A DNA stretch of 64,000 bases from Candidatus Agathobaculum intestinipullorum (GCA_019117485.1 DWZQ01000028.1:20555-84554); one strand, 5' to 3'; positions 12,301 to 21,926 are shown, counted from the first letter of the stretch. The notes: generated from the sequence alone by a model not told the origin. Program-made: numbers and translations.

Positions 12301-12880
12301 GGCCGCGCAGCTCTTCGTAGTCGAGCGCTTCAATGCGCTGCATCTCATGCGAAGTGCGGAAGCCGTCAAAGCAGTGCATGAACGCATACTTAGCGTGAAT
12401 AGCCGACAGATGTGCAACCGCACCCAGATCCATCGCCTCCTGCGGGGACGAGGACATCAGCATCGCGTAACCGGTCGTGCGGCAGGTCATAAAGTCGGTA
12501 TGATCGCCGAAGATCGAGTGGTGGTTCGAGGTAACCACGCGAGATGCAATGTGCATGACATTGGGCAGGAACTGGCCGCCCATCGCATACATGGCCGGAA
12601 TCATCAGCATCAAGCCCTGCGAAGAAGTGAAGGTGGTGGTCAGCGCACCAGCCTGCAACGAACCGTGGCAGGTACCTGCAGCGCCCGCCTCGGACTGCAT
12701 CTGAATGACGTCAACCGTCGAACCGAACAGGTTCTTGCGTCCCTTGGCCGACCATTCATCCACCTTTTCCGCCATCGGCGAGGACGGCGTGATCGGATAG
12801 ATCGCCGCAACCTCCGTAAAGGCATAGGCTACATGAGCCGCTGCGGTGTTGCCGTCCATTACGACATAATTCTTTTTCAT
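9353..12880 (-). CDS. nifJ: pyruvate:ferredoxin (flavodoxin) oxidoreductase
   Basis: About 1175 aa, single-chain PFOR. Two ferredoxin-type Cys clusters (CAQCNRCAATCP, CLGCGVCLTACP) and the TPP domain GGDGWAYDIGFGG. ATG 12880 (MKKNYVVMDGN) is preferred. Confidence 0.97.
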   Translation of the reverse strand: MKKNYVVMDGNTAAAHVAYAFTEVAAIYPITPSSPMAEKVDEWSAKGRKNLFGSTVDVIQMQSEAGAAGTCHGSLQAGALTTTFTSSQGLMLMIPAMYAMGGQFLPNVMHIASRVVTSNHHSIFGDHTDFMTCRTTGYAMLMSSSPQEAMDLGAVAHLSAIHAKYAFMHCFDGFRTSHEMQRIEALDYEELRGLIDYDALRDFRHNSLNPEHPTNRGNNVNPDIYFQCKEGANVKSATVPETVEHYMHEINKITGRNYQLFNYYGAEDAEEVIVVMCSASEALKETVDYLNAHGRKVGMVQIHLYRPFSVKHFAAAIPATCKKIAVLDRSKEVGSVGEPVYLDVCTALNQAGRGDIRIVGGRYGLSSKDTTPGQLIAVYDNLAKDEPKNNFTIGINDDVTYTSLDYKEVEMPHPGQVSCKLWGLGGDGTVGANKNAITTIGLTADKYAQAYFSYDSMKSGGLTQSHLRFGDEPIQSTYLVSAADFVAVHAPTYVSKYDTTEDLKDGGIYLLNCAWSVDELEDRLPGKVKRDLARKHAQFYIIDAVKLAGEIGLGKRTNSILQAAFFALTKVIPLDVAVEDMKKNNYNSYFKKAGQKIVDLNNQAVDVGISAAVKVDIPASWADAADTPVAEVDATPFVKDIVLPMDRQQGDKLPVSVFQKYGVLDGTWENGTSAYAKRGVAIKVPKWDGSKCAQCNRCAATCPHAAIRPVLLTEEEKAGVPASFETLPAKGLGKDAPAYQYRMQVSPYDCLGCGVCLTACPVEGALTMTPFEAMKPEQENFDKVAMDEKYLKPDVISDKNMKSIQFSKPYFQFSAACAGCAETTYLKLVSQLVGDHMYAGNAAGCSSAYSGGAPILPYCRDCRGFGPAWEHSLFEDNAEFAFGFYHAQDAIRKEIIVRLEALREAGVAVDAVNAYLADWDDRDKSRAVSDALIAALEQAEQTEDVAYVLDNKEFLAKKSVWAIGGDGWAYDIGFGGIDHVLAQNQDVNLLVLDTEVYSNTGGQSSKATPTAAVAKFASGGKQIAKKDLGAIFMNYGYVYVAQVAIGYDQAQTLKAIREAEAYPGPSIIIAYCPCLEQHIKAGMSCTQTEMKKAVECGYWQLYRYDPRLVAEGKNPFQLDSPEPDTSKLMDYLMGENRFASLKNNFPDRADALYEKAVADIKARYAKYRRMADNAL

Positions 12881-12954
12881 TGAGAGCCTCATCTCCTGTA
12901 TCAATAAAAAATAAATCTATTTAACAGTCACACATAAACCTGTGTAGGAAACTA

Positions 12955-14115
12955 TCAAACAAAATTGCACACACGGGCAATTGCCATTTCGGTAAAGCCC
13001 AGCGCTTCCGCCTTGGTCTGGCGGCCGCTGGCCACCTCAGCCAACAGCTTCATAAAATCATCGCCAAGCTGCTTGAGGTCACCGCCATAGATGATCGGCG
13101 AAGCATCGACATCAATGTTGTCCTCCATGTTGGCAAAGGTAATCCGGTTGCCGGTGATTTTGATAACCGGTGCAATCGGGTTGCCGGTCGGGCTGCCGCG
13201 GCCGGTCGAGAACACGACCACCTGCGCGCCGCCCGCAACCATGGCCGCCACCGAGGACGGATCGTTACCCGGTGTGTCCATGATAACCAAGCCGCTCTTC
13301 GGCTCGACCTGCTTGGCGTAGTCGTAAACCGCATTGACCGTCGTATGGCCGCCCTTGTGGATGCAACCGAGCGACTTCTCCTCCAGCGTGGTAATCCCGC
13401 CGGCCTTATTGCCGGGCGAGGGGTTGCCTTCGCGCACTTCTTCGCCAACCAGCTGCAGCGCCTTTTCGTAACGATGCACGATCTCAAAGATGCGGTCGTG
13501 CACTTCCTTGTTCGCCGCACGGCGCGCAAGGATGTGCTCCGCACCGATAAACTCGGTCGTTTCAGACAGGATAGACGTACCGCCCTCGGCTACGATACGG
13601 TCGCTCATCTCACCGATGAGCACGTTTGCCGCAAGGCCGCTAGTCGGGTCGGAACCGCCGCACTCCGTGCCAACAATCAACTCAGAAAGCGGGAATTCCT
13701 CTTTTTGCAGCAGGGACGCATCCGAAACCATTTCTTTGGCATAGCGCACACCAAGATCAACCGCCTTGAGCGTGCCGCCAACCTCCTGAATAATGACCTG
13801 CTTGATCGGCTTGTTGGTGCGCTCCTGAATGGCCGCAACAACCAGATCCATCTGGCAGTTTTCACAACCGAGGGACACCACAACCGTGCCGTAAACATTG
13901 GGGTTGGCAGCGTAACCCGCCATAACATCCATGGTATACTGCTGGTCGGATGCCACCTGCGAGCAGCCGAGCTGGTTATTAAACGTTACTGCACCTTCCA
14001 CCTGCTGCGCAATGATGCGGGTGGTGTCGGACGCGCACACGCTAGCCGGCAGGATCAGCACCTTATTGCGCACGCCGACGCGGCCATCCGGCCGCTTGTA
14101 GCCATAAAAAGTCAT
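12955..14115 (-). CDS. UxaA family hydro-lyase, large subunit (altronate/galactarate dehydratase-like)
   Basis: 386 aa matching the C-terminal catalytic part of UxaA/GarD-type dehydratases (GYKRPDGRVGVRN, ECGGSDPTSG, VVFSTGRGSP). Confidence 0.85.
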   Translation of the reverse strand: MTFYGYKRPDGRVGVRNKVLILPASVCASDTTRIIAQQVEGAVTFNNQLGCSQVASDQQYTMDVMAGYAANPNVYGTVVVSLGCENCQMDLVVAAIQERTNKPIKQVIIQEVGGTLKAVDLGVRYAKEMVSDASLLQKEEFPLSELIVGTECGGSDPTSGLAANVLIGEMSDRIVAEGGTSILSETTEFIGAEHILARRAANKEVHDRIFEIVHRYEKALQLVGEEVREGNPSPGNKAGGITTLEEKSLGCIHKGGHTTVNAVYDYAKQVEPKSGLVIMDTPGNDPSSVAAMVAGGAQVVVFSTGRGSPTGNPIAPVIKITGNRITFANMEDNIDVDASPIIYGGDLKQLGDDFMKLLAEVASGRQTKAEALGFTEMAIARVCNFV

Positions 14116-14126
14116 GCTGCCCCCTC

Positions 14127-14417
14127 CTATTCTTTCTCTTCCAGATTTTCACGATGGCCTTCTACATTGTGCACATGAACATGCTCGCCGGCCTTGATAT
14201 CGCTGATAGCCACGCCAATGTGTTCGCCGTATTTAACAATCGGCTCGCCCTTTGCAATATCCCGGACTGCCAGCTTGTGGTAGATTGTGATATCCTGCTG
14301 TGCGGTCAGCTGCACTTCCCCACCGCCGCACGGATAGGTGACCGCATCGCCCGCCTTAATCGGCTCGATGGCCACCGCCACATTGTCTTTGCTATCAATG
14401 ATCATAGCATTATGCAT
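14127..14417 (-). CDS. UxaA family hydro-lyase, small SAF-domain subunit
   Basis: 96 aa. SAF-like N-terminal module (DNVAVAIEPIKAGD, HKLAVRDIAKGEPIVKYGE) sits directly upstream of the large subunit. Confidence 0.8.
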   Translation of the reverse strand: MHNAMIIDSKDNVAVAIEPIKAGDAVTYPCGGGEVQLTAQQDITIYHKLAVRDIAKGEPIVKYGEHIGVAISDIKAGEHVHVHNVEGHRENLEEKE

Positions 14418-14462
14418 ATTGTTTCACTCCTTTGCGCGGTTTGATACCGCGGATTTAATTGA

Positions 14463-15830
14463 TTACAGCGGAATGACCAACGCGCCGATGATCGCCAGCA
14501 CGAAGATGCATACCGAGGAGATGAACGAGCCCAGCGTGTAAGTTTTCAAACCGCCGGTGACGGTCAGACCCGACATGTTGGTGGCCACCCAGTAGCCGGA
14601 GTCGTTAACGTGACCGATCGAGTTGCCGCCGGACAGGCAGGCCAGCGCAATCCATACCGGATGGCAGCTGAGTACCGGCGCGATGGTTGCCATAATGCCC
14701 ATCGAGGTCATACCGGCAACCGTGCCCGAGCCTTGCGCAACACGGAAGATCATGCCGATGAAGTACGCGAGGAACATCGCAGGCAGGACGGAGGTGGTGT
14801 TGGTGCCCAGCAGGCCGACGATCGCATCGCCAATGCCGGTGGCGGTGATAACAGATGCGAACGAACCGCCCGCACCAGTGATCAGCAGCACGACGCCCGC
14901 GCTCTTGAGCGCTTCGCCTGCGCTCTTTTCCAGATTGTCACGGCCGATATAGGGCAGGCTGACGAGGTATGCGCCCAGCGTACCAAGCAGCATAGCGATC
15001 AGCTTGTCACCGAGGAAGGTGCAGATGACCGGCGGCTCCTCAAACAGCGCGCCGCCCAGCGTACCGAACAGGATGCAGATAACCGGGATGATGATGGGCA
15101 GCAGAGATGCGAACATACCGGGCTTTTTCTTGTTCGGGTCTTCCTTCTGGCGGGCTGCAACCAACTCCTGCGCTACATTCGAGCTGTGGTTGATATCCTT
15201 TTCGTCGTTCCAAATGCCGCGGTCATGGATCTTGATGTAGATGAAGTTGGAAATCATTACGGTAATGAAGCCTACCACCAGGCCGACGATCAGCATAATG
15301 CCAAGGTCGAAGCCGAAAATATCGGCCGCAGCCAGCGGGTTGGGCGTGGGCGGTACCACGCAGTGCGCGGTGGTTGCACCGATGGTCAGGCAGCCGGTGA
15401 CGTAGCACATCTTCAGATTGATCTTGGAAGCGATGGTGATACCGATCGGAATCAAAATGATAAAGGTAACGTCAAAGAATACCGGGACGGACAGGATAAA
15501 GCCCGCAATGCTCAGCCCCCAGATGGAGCGCTTTTCCGGGAACGCGGATACCAGCTTGTCGGCAATCACCGACGCGGCACCGCTGTCACTCATCAATTGT
15601 CCTAATATGGTACCAAAGCCGACCGGAAGGCCGATACTGGTCATCATACTGCCGAAGCCAGACGAAATCGTCGAGACGGTTGTCAGCAGGTCGAGGCCGC
15701 CGACCAGACCCATAAACAGGCAGGCAATGACCATGCCGATGGCAGCGTTGAGCTTAAGCGCGATGATACAGAACAGAATAATGGCGATTGCACCTACCAA
15801 AGCTGCAATCAGGATGCCGGGACTTGTCAT
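14463..15830 (-). CDS. GntP family (gluconate/hydroxy-acid:H+) permease
   Basis: About 455 aa, polytopic, with a GntP-like N-terminus and glycine-rich helices. AAAGGGG RBS lies before ATG 15830. Confidence 0.85.
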   Translation of the reverse strand: MTSPGILIAALVGAIAIILFCIIALKLNAAIGMVIACLFMGLVGGLDLLTTVSTISSGFGSMMTSIGLPVGFGTILGQLMSDSGAASVIADKLVSAFPEKRSIWGLSIAGFILSVPVFFDVTFIILIPIGITIASKINLKMCYVTGCLTIGATTAHCVVPPTPNPLAAADIFGFDLGIMLIVGLVVGFITVMISNFIYIKIHDRGIWNDEKDINHSSNVAQELVAARQKEDPNKKKPGMFASLLPIIIPVICILFGTLGGALFEEPPVICTFLGDKLIAMLLGTLGAYLVSLPYIGRDNLEKSAGEALKSAGVVLLITGAGGSFASVITATGIGDAIVGLLGTNTTSVLPAMFLAYFIGMIFRVAQGSGTVAGMTSMGIMATIAPVLSCHPVWIALACLSGGNSIGHVNDSGYWVATNMSGLTVTGGLKTYTLGSFISSVCIFVLAIIGALVIPL

Positions 15831-16066
15831 TTCTTTTTCCCCTTTCTTGTGCATACATTGGGTGGGACGCTGCGTTATTTACCAGATGCCGCGGACAAGA
15901 AGCCTGCACACCGCCTACGCATTTCATGGACAATCCCCGGATTGATCTCCAAAAGACGAAAACGGCACACGCACACCACAGCAGCCAGCGCACAGCGCCG
16001 ACGCTATCAAACACCCCACGCCGGGCGCGTTCTTTGCCCCTGACGCGCCCAGCTGCGGGAGGTTTG

Positions 16067-17350
16067 TCAGAACAGGTTACCCTCCTCGTCAAAGGGCAGG
16101 TCGTAAGGTTCGGACAGGATCTCGATGTTGGGGTTTGCCTTAGCCAGCGGCAACAGACCCTCGGAAATCTCAATGTACTCGATGTGCATGGTGTCCGGGA
16201 TGCGGATCATCTTCATATTGTTCTGATCCTCGGCATCCGGGCAGCAGCAAAGTGCCAGCTGCAACGCCTCACGGTCGTTATCCATAATCATCGGGATTTT
16301 CATCAGGTGCAGGAAGGTGTTGGTAACACCAGTCGGATAAGTCATCTCGAGCTTCATCTTGTTGAACAAACGGCGGGTTGTAACCTCGGCCAAACCGATG
16401 CCCTGCGCATTGCCGTGGGTCTCATCAGTGAGGTCAAGGATAACCACCTTCTCGGCCTCGATGCCGCCAGAGCAATATTTAGGCTGCACAAAACGGCCGG
16501 AAATGTTCGGGTCCATGCCGTCGCCCGAGATATTCTTACCAATCTTATCAACGACCAACACATCACACTTATCAAACAGCAAGTGCGCAATGGTCTTATA
16601 GGACAGGTCGCGCAGCTTTGGCTCCTCGGTGATGATCTCGTCAGGCGTCAGGCCCTGAATGAGATAGGTTTCGTCGTAGGCATTTTCAATGATAGCGATG
16701 CCGCCCATAATCGGGCAATTTTCCAAAATCGTGCGGCCGTATTCTTCGACCAGCTCATGCATGATACCCGGGCTCTGATGGTGGATACTTTCTGCACCGT
16801 GCTGCTTGCCCAAGCCGATAGCCATCATCTTCATCAGGCCGCTCTCATACCGTCCACGGAACGAAGTATGCGGCTTAATGCGGTTAAACAGGATGATGCC
16901 GTCTGCCTCAGACGCATATTTGTCCACATAAACCGGCTGCTTGCGCACACCGGACAGACCAACCTGCACGGTCTCCATCGAGCTTTTGATCGGGCAGCCC
17001 ATATTCGCCTCGGTGATGCCATAGTCGGCGAGGATCTGGGTTTGGCCTTCGGCGGTTGCACCGCCGTGACTGCCCATGGCCGCCACGATATACGGCTCGG
17101 CGCCCTTGGATTTGACGAAGTCAACAATCGCGCGTGCCATCAGCGCATAGTGGTGGATGCCACGGCTGCCGCAGGTGATGGCAATACGCATGCCAGGCTT
17201 GATCTGGCCGCCCAGCGCCTCGCGCGACAGTTCCTTTTGCACCGTTTCCGCGATCTTATCCTCAGGAATGTGCGTGCTGTCAAACACCTCTCGAATTTTG
17301 ACCATTTTCGGTACCGGCACGTTTTTGATCAAATCAGTAATTGTTTTCAA
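16067..17350 (-). CDS. LarA-like / DUF2088-type domain protein (putative nickel-pincer-dependent hydroxy-acid racemase/epimerase family)
   Basis: The pattern RIAITCGSRGI ... IVAAMGSHGGAT parallels the LarA N-domain layout; the call rests on recalled motif architecture only. AAGGAGGA lies 7 nt before TTG 17350; the ORF is open to GTG 17371. Confidence 0.5.
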   Translation of the reverse strand: MKTITDLIKNVPVPKMVKIREVFDSTHIPEDKIAETVQKELSREALGGQIKPGMRIAITCGSRGIHHYALMARAIVDFVKSKGAEPYIVAAMGSHGGATAEGQTQILADYGITEANMGCPIKSSMETVQVGLSGVRKQPVYVDKYASEADGIILFNRIKPHTSFRGRYESGLMKMMAIGLGKQHGAESIHHQSPGIMHELVEEYGRTILENCPIMGGIAIIENAYDETYLIQGLTPDEIITEEPKLRDLSYKTIAHLLFDKCDVLVVDKIGKNISGDGMDPNISGRFVQPKYCSGGIEAEKVVILDLTDETHGNAQGIGLAEVTTRRLFNKMKLEMTYPTGVTNTFLHLMKIPMIMDNDREALQLALCCCPDAEDQNNMKMIRIPDTMHIEYIEISEGLLPLAKANPNIEILSEPYDLPFDEEGNLF

Positions 17351-17404
17351 GAAAAAATCCTCCTTCCACACACTTGTTCAACATATATTATCGCATCCCG
17401 AATT

Positions 17405-17426
17405 GCAGTTCGTATTTGCGAACTGC
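17405..17426. promoter_or_regulatory. perfect 8-bp inverted repeat (candidate operator) in the leader of the LarA-like gene
   Basis: GCAGTTCG-N6-CGAACTGC, lying between the consensus promoter (17447-17475) and the start codon. Confidence 0.35.
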
Positions 17427-17446
17427 GTTCTTCATTTCGTCCCTTC

Positions 17447-17475
17447 ATTATATCACTGTTTTCACAATATGTCAA
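17447..17475 (-). promoter_or_regulatory. consensus SigA-type promoter for the LarA-like gene
   Basis: The minus strand reads TTGACA, a 17-nt spacer, then TATAAT. Both hexamers are perfect. Confidence 0.55.
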
Positions 17476-17565
17476 TTTTCGACTTGGCGAATTTTCAACA
17501 TATTATACAAACAAAAAGACATCCCTTGTTGCTTTACACACTTGTCAATTGCAGCAAACAATCTC

Positions 17566-17616
17566 AAAAAAACGCGACTGCACCCATGAAAACCGGATGC
17601 AGTCGCAAACAGATCA
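17566..17616 (-). terminator. rho-independent terminator after the PdxA-family gene
   Basis: 9-bp stem GCGACTGCA/TGCAGTCGC, followed on the minus strand by GTTTTTTT. Confidence 0.8.
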
Positions 17617-17650
17617 AATTACGCGGAAAAGCAACCGGTCAAATCGCGAG

Positions 17651-18688
17651 TTACTGCTTTCCATAGGTACGATCGGTAACCGCCATCTTAGCGCACAGCT
17701 TGTATGCCGCCTCAAAAGCAGAAGTCGTACAGGTTCCCGTACCGGCAATATCATAGGCAGTACCATGTGCCGGGGTCGTGATAGCATAGGGCTGTCCTGC
17801 CGCTACGGTAATGCCACGCTCAAAGCCTTTAAGCTTCAGTGCAATCTGGCCTTGATCGTGGTACATCGTAACCACGGCGTCGAAGTCACCCTTGAATGCT
17901 CGGATGAACAGCGTATCCGAGGGGAACGGGCCAACAATGCTCTTTCCCTCGGCGTTTGCCTTGGCAACTGCGGGCTGGAGTACATCAATTTCCTCCCGGC
18001 CGCAAGTGCCGCTGTCACCGCCGTGCGGGTTAATTGCCGCAATGGCAACCTTGGGATCCTCATAACCGGCACGCTTGAGCGTTTCATAAGCCAGATTGAT
18101 AGCGTCTCCCACCGTCTTAGGCGTCAGGTGTGCGCTAACGTCCTTTAGCGGGATATGGCTGGTCGCGCGGGACGTCCACAGGCCATCCAGCACGTTCATC
18201 TCGCCGTGCGGCTTGTCAACGACGCCCAGCTCTTGCGCGAACAGCTCATGCTCGCTTTCAAAGTTGTAGCCGCCCTTCTTCATCGCCGCCTTGTTGAGCG
18301 GACCGAAGCAGAAGCCCTCGACCAGTCCCTTCTTACAGTTGTCCATGATCATAACCAGATTATCGGCCTCTTCCTTGCCATTGACCTCAGAAACAACGCC
18401 GATCTCAACCGTAGAAGCATCCAAACTCTTGGTATTGAGCAATACCAGACTGGTTTCTTTTTTCGCTTCCTCCACAGCATCTTCCATCGTCTCCTTGACG
18501 ACATAAGTAAAAGTGCTGTTCGTATTCTTCATGCCGCGCTTGAGCACACTCTCATCACCGACAATAATCGGCTTGGCATGCTCCATCAAAAAGCCGTTGG
18601 CGCACAATTTGGAGATGATCTCGGGACCAATGCCGGCTGCGTCACCCAGCGGCACTGCAAGAATGGGTTTTCCAGTGAACTGACTCAT
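17651..18688 (-). CDS. PdxA family NAD-dependent dehydrogenase (4-hydroxythreonine-4-phosphate dehydrogenase-like)
   Basis: 345 aa with GDAAGIGPEI, INPHGG, TMYHDQGQIALK and TTPAHGTAYDIAG, all PdxA-family signatures. AGGAGGAAG RBS. Confidence 0.85.
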   Translation of the reverse strand: MSQFTGKPILAVPLGDAAGIGPEIISKLCANGFLMEHAKPIIVGDESVLKRGMKNTNSTFTYVVKETMEDAVEEAKKETSLVLLNTKSLDASTVEIGVVSEVNGKEEADNLVMIMDNCKKGLVEGFCFGPLNKAAMKKGGYNFESEHELFAQELGVVDKPHGEMNVLDGLWTSRATSHIPLKDVSAHLTPKTVGDAINLAYETLKRAGYEDPKVAIAAINPHGGDSGTCGREEIDVLQPAVAKANAEGKSIVGPFPSDTLFIRAFKGDFDAVVTMYHDQGQIALKLKGFERGITVAAGQPYAITTPAHGTAYDIAGTGTCTTSAFEAAYKLCAKMAVTDRTYGKQ

Positions 18689-18761
18689 AATGCTCTTCCT
18701 CCTACTTATTCACAAAAGTTAACATGAGCAATCTTTTCTCACTTAAAGGATCGTCCGTTCC

Positions 18762-18807
18762 AAAAGCGACACGGGCAGCCCAAAATACATGTTTAGGCTG
18801 CCTGTGT
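18762..18807 (-). terminator. terminator after the amidohydrolase gene
   Basis: 12-bp stem (one mismatch) ACACAGGCAGCC/GGCTGCCCGTGT, then CGCTTTTGG on the minus strand. Confidence 0.6.
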
Positions 18808-18816
18808 TATTTCCGC

Positions 18817-20034
18817 TTACAGTTTCTTCTGAATTGAGCGGCAGCACGCAGTTGGTGCGCCATCCTTTTTATAAACAACACCGTTCTTCATAACAAAATC
18901 AACCTGTGCCAAAACGGCCGGATTTTCCAACGGGTTGCCCTTGACCGCAATCAGATCCGCGTCTGCGCCTGCGGTCAACTCGCCCTTCTTGCCAGACAGT
19001 TTAGAAATATATGCCGCATTGCTGGTTACACCCTTTAATGCATCCAACTTACTTGCACCAAGTTCAACCGTATATACGACTTCCTTCCACAGCAAGCCAT
19101 GGTTTGCGTCGGTGCCCAGCGCAAAATGGACACCCGCACGAACCAGATTGCCGACACACTCGCGTACAATCTCGCGGCCCGCGCGCACGTTGCGTGCGTT
19201 ACCCTCTGCCAAATATTGCTCACGATCAGGATCCAGATAAATACCGGTAGTCAGATCAACCCAACATTCTGGATGTGCCTTGAGCAACTCAATATCCTCC
19301 TGCGAAGCACAATAAGCATGTTCGATCACATCAACACCCTGCTCAACGCAATCGCGCAGAGCCTGTCCGCCGATGCAATGTGCCGCAACGGGAAGATGCA
19401 GGCGATGCGCTTCTTCCACAACCGTACGAATTTCCTCAGCAGACAAGAACGACGGGATAAAATCCTGCTCAACCGAAAATACGCCGGGCGTTGTAAATAT
19501 CTTGAGCAGTTTAGCGCCCTTGGAGATATTCGCCCTTGCCGTGCGGCGAAATTCCTCCACGCCGGAATGCGGCGCACCGATATAACCACTGCCATTCGAA
19601 CCCTTCATGCCCACGCCGGCCGGGAGAATATCCGGACCGACCAAATTGCCTGCCTCAATCTCTTTTTTGAGCTTAAGATCCAGATCGTGCTTTTCACCCA
19701 TGCAACGCACTGTCGTAACGCCGGAAAGCAGGTCGTCATACAAACCTTCTTCCGCTAGCAGAGTCAATTTACACTCAGTTGCCGTTCCCAGAATCTCCAG
19801 ATGGTTACTTTTGCGCGCATCAATGCTCAAATGATTATGGCACTCGATCATACCCGGAAGGATCGTCGCATTTTCCAACGAGATGCATTCAGCATGCGCA
19901 CGATCCGCTTCGGTCAACTCCTGTGCAGGGATAACCTTTACAATCTTACTATCTTCTACAACAACTGCGCCATTTTGAATTGGTTCCAGTTCTGTCCCTG
20001 CCAGCACAATGCCTGCGGTGATAATTTGTTTCAT
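18817..20034 (-). CDS. metal-dependent amidohydrolase family protein
   Basis: 405 aa. HxH metal motif in ILPGMIECHNHLS, a later AAHCIGG, and GTDANHG. AGGAGGAA RBS. Confidence 0.8.
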   Translation of the reverse strand: MKQIITAGIVLAGTELEPIQNGAVVVEDSKIVKVIPAQELTEADRAHAECISLENATILPGMIECHNHLSIDARKSNHLEILGTATECKLTLLAEEGLYDDLLSGVTTVRCMGEKHDLDLKLKKEIEAGNLVGPDILPAGVGMKGSNGSGYIGAPHSGVEEFRRTARANISKGAKLLKIFTTPGVFSVEQDFIPSFLSAEEIRTVVEEAHRLHLPVAAHCIGGQALRDCVEQGVDVIEHAYCASQEDIELLKAHPECWVDLTTGIYLDPDREQYLAEGNARNVRAGREIVRECVGNLVRAGVHFALGTDANHGLLWKEVVYTVELGASKLDALKGVTSNAAYISKLSGKKGELTAGADADLIAVKGNPLENPAVLAQVDFVMKNGVVYKKDGAPTACCRSIQKKL

Positions 20035-20076
20035 TGCACGTTCCTCCTGCCTTATTTATCAAATTTGTTATCGGAA

Positions 20077-21084
20077 TTACATCTCGTCTGCACTCACAGC
20101 CTCTCGCCGCTTCTTACCCCGCTTCTCGAACCACTTATCGCTCCACTTGGCAAGGAACGAAACCAGTAGCGGGCACAGAATTGCTGTAATAACAACACTT
20201 GCCGCAATCTGTGCAGTAGCGGTTTCTACTTGCGGCTCAAAACTCGGATCGGACGCAGCGATCGACGCCGGCGTTGTCGCTGCAACACCCGCCGTAGTGC
20301 CAATTGCAGCACCCATCGGATCGGGACGACGCCGCAGCAAGCTATAAATGCCAAAGGACAACAAACCGGTAACAAACAAAGTCAGCATGCCAAGCACAAC
20401 GCCAGAAGCACCCGCAGCAGCAATATTAAACAAGTTCATACCTGCACCCAACGTAAAGCCATTGAAAGGCGGCAGCAGAACCATACCAGTTGCCAAAATC
20501 TTGCGCCACTCGTGATCCAGATTACCTACGATAAAGCCCAAAATCATGGGAACCATGCACGCGATCATGTCTTTAATCGGGAAAGTGCCCATACCAGCTG
20601 CACCCAATGCAATCATCGTAAAGAAGGGGCCGTCGTTCAATGCCAGAATCGAAGTCGCACCAACGTCACTCTCCTCACCGTATTCGCCAGCCAATGTCGC
20701 ATAGATAACACCGTTCGAGTTTGTAACCGCACCGATGATCGCCAGCGAACTCAGGCCGAGCAAGCCTGCCTCGCCGAACAGAAAATTAAGCAGCAAGCCC
20801 AAGCCAAAGCCGAGGAAAAATTTCAATGCTGTCAGAACAACACCGACATACACCGTTCGTCCGGCCATTTTTACATCGATCGTAGCACCGCTACAAAACA
20901 GGAACAAACCGATCAGCGTCTGGATACCGCCCTTAAACAGTCCTGTCGTAAAGCCGCCAATCGTTAAAATATCCGGAAAAAAGGTGTTAATCAAGCATCC
21001 CAGCAACAGCGGGACAACCATAACACCAGCGGGGAACTTCTTCATGGTTCCAAGTATCCGTACTTTACCTAGCATCTTAAACAT
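20077..21084 (-). CDS. kdgT: 2-keto-3-deoxygluconate permease family transporter
   Basis: 335 aa, polytopic. The N-terminus KKFPAGVMVVPLLLGCLINTFFP resembles KdgT. The start could be 21084 or 21075. Confidence 0.75.
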   Translation of the reverse strand: MFKMLGKVRILGTMKKFPAGVMVVPLLLGCLINTFFPDILTIGGFTTGLFKGGIQTLIGLFLFCSGATIDVKMAGRTVYVGVVLTALKFFLGFGLGLLLNFLFGEAGLLGLSSLAIIGAVTNSNGVIYATLAGEYGEESDVGATSILALNDGPFFTMIALGAAGMGTFPIKDMIACMVPMILGFIVGNLDHEWRKILATGMVLLPPFNGFTLGAGMNLFNIAAAGASGVVLGMLTLFVTGLLSFGIYSLLRRRPDPMGAAIGTTAGVAATTPASIAASDPSFEPQVETATAQIAASVVITAILCPLLVSFLAKWSDKWFEKRGKKRREAVSADEM

Positions 21085-21896
21085 CTCTCTTTCATTATCT
21101 TTTTCTCAAATAATTCGATCAGCACAGGGTTTTGATCCCAAAGAGTCATTATAGCACGTGTATCACACGGTTTTATCCAAAAACTGTGCTGACCATCCCT
21201 TCTCTAAAACAGTCTGTCTCTGCACTAAAAAGCACAGCAGTAAGTACAAATTATTCCGCTTTAACAATATAGGGACTGCTGCAACAGCAGCCCAAACCGA
21301 CTTCGCCCCAAACCGCAAAAGCGGAATCTGGTGCGGGTTAATCGCCTCACCTCCATATTTTAAAGAATCCTCTTACCCATGTCACAGCACCGTGAATCCC
21401 CTTCACAGCACAATGGCCGCTATTTTTACATCCGCTCCGAGGCATAATGCGGGTTGCAGCCTTTTTATCTGTCTGCCATTCTCCCCCTTGCGCTTTATTC
21501 ATGGATAAGCATCAGAATTGCCACACACATACACAACACTTGCATCTATATTATAGCAATTCCATACCAAGCCAACGCACCTACTTATACGGTCCAAACC
21601 ACAACGCATCCCCTCATAACACGTTGTTGCACCAATCACGTGAAAATCCCACTGTATTACAGCAGTAGCCTCTATACACGCGATTCCTGAAGCGTTTTGC
21701 GTTTTAAACCCCGCAAAGCAGTAAATACAACCTACTACCATGACAGAGTTTCTTGTATTGTGTTTATTATATCACAATCCTGTTCGGGTTTCAAACCAAA
21801 AATTTCATATACAGAACCGTTCATATGGAAATTAAACAATATAGCTCAACAAATTAGGTGTGATTTTGTTGCATTTTGAGTACTTTTACATGACTG

Positions 21897-21926
21897 ATTG
21901 CAAACAGATGCAATTTTTGATAAAAT
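21897..21926 (+). promoter_or_regulatory. candidate promoter of the IclR gene with an overlapping palindrome
   Basis: TTGCAA (21898-21903), 17-nt spacer, TAAAAT (21921-21926). ATTGCA-N6-TGCAAT (21897-21914) overlaps the -35 and spacer, which fits autoregulation. Confidence 0.45.

Noticed and set aside
10769-12883. A 704-aa ORF on the plus strand, with a companion at 9647..10702, lying antisense to the PFOR gene.
   Set aside because: It lies entirely opposite a 1175-aa gene with unmistakable PFOR motifs. Its translation is Arg/His/Leu/Val-rich with no motif, which is typical of stop-poor antisense frames in GC-rich coding DNA.
15788-18148. A 786-aa plus-strand ORF spanning the GntP start, the LarA-like gene, an AT-rich spacer and part of the PdxA-family gene.
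   Set aside because: It crosses three independently supported minus-strand genes as well as a promoter and a terminator. The translation is low-complexity junk with no RBS or domain. It is a chance open frame.
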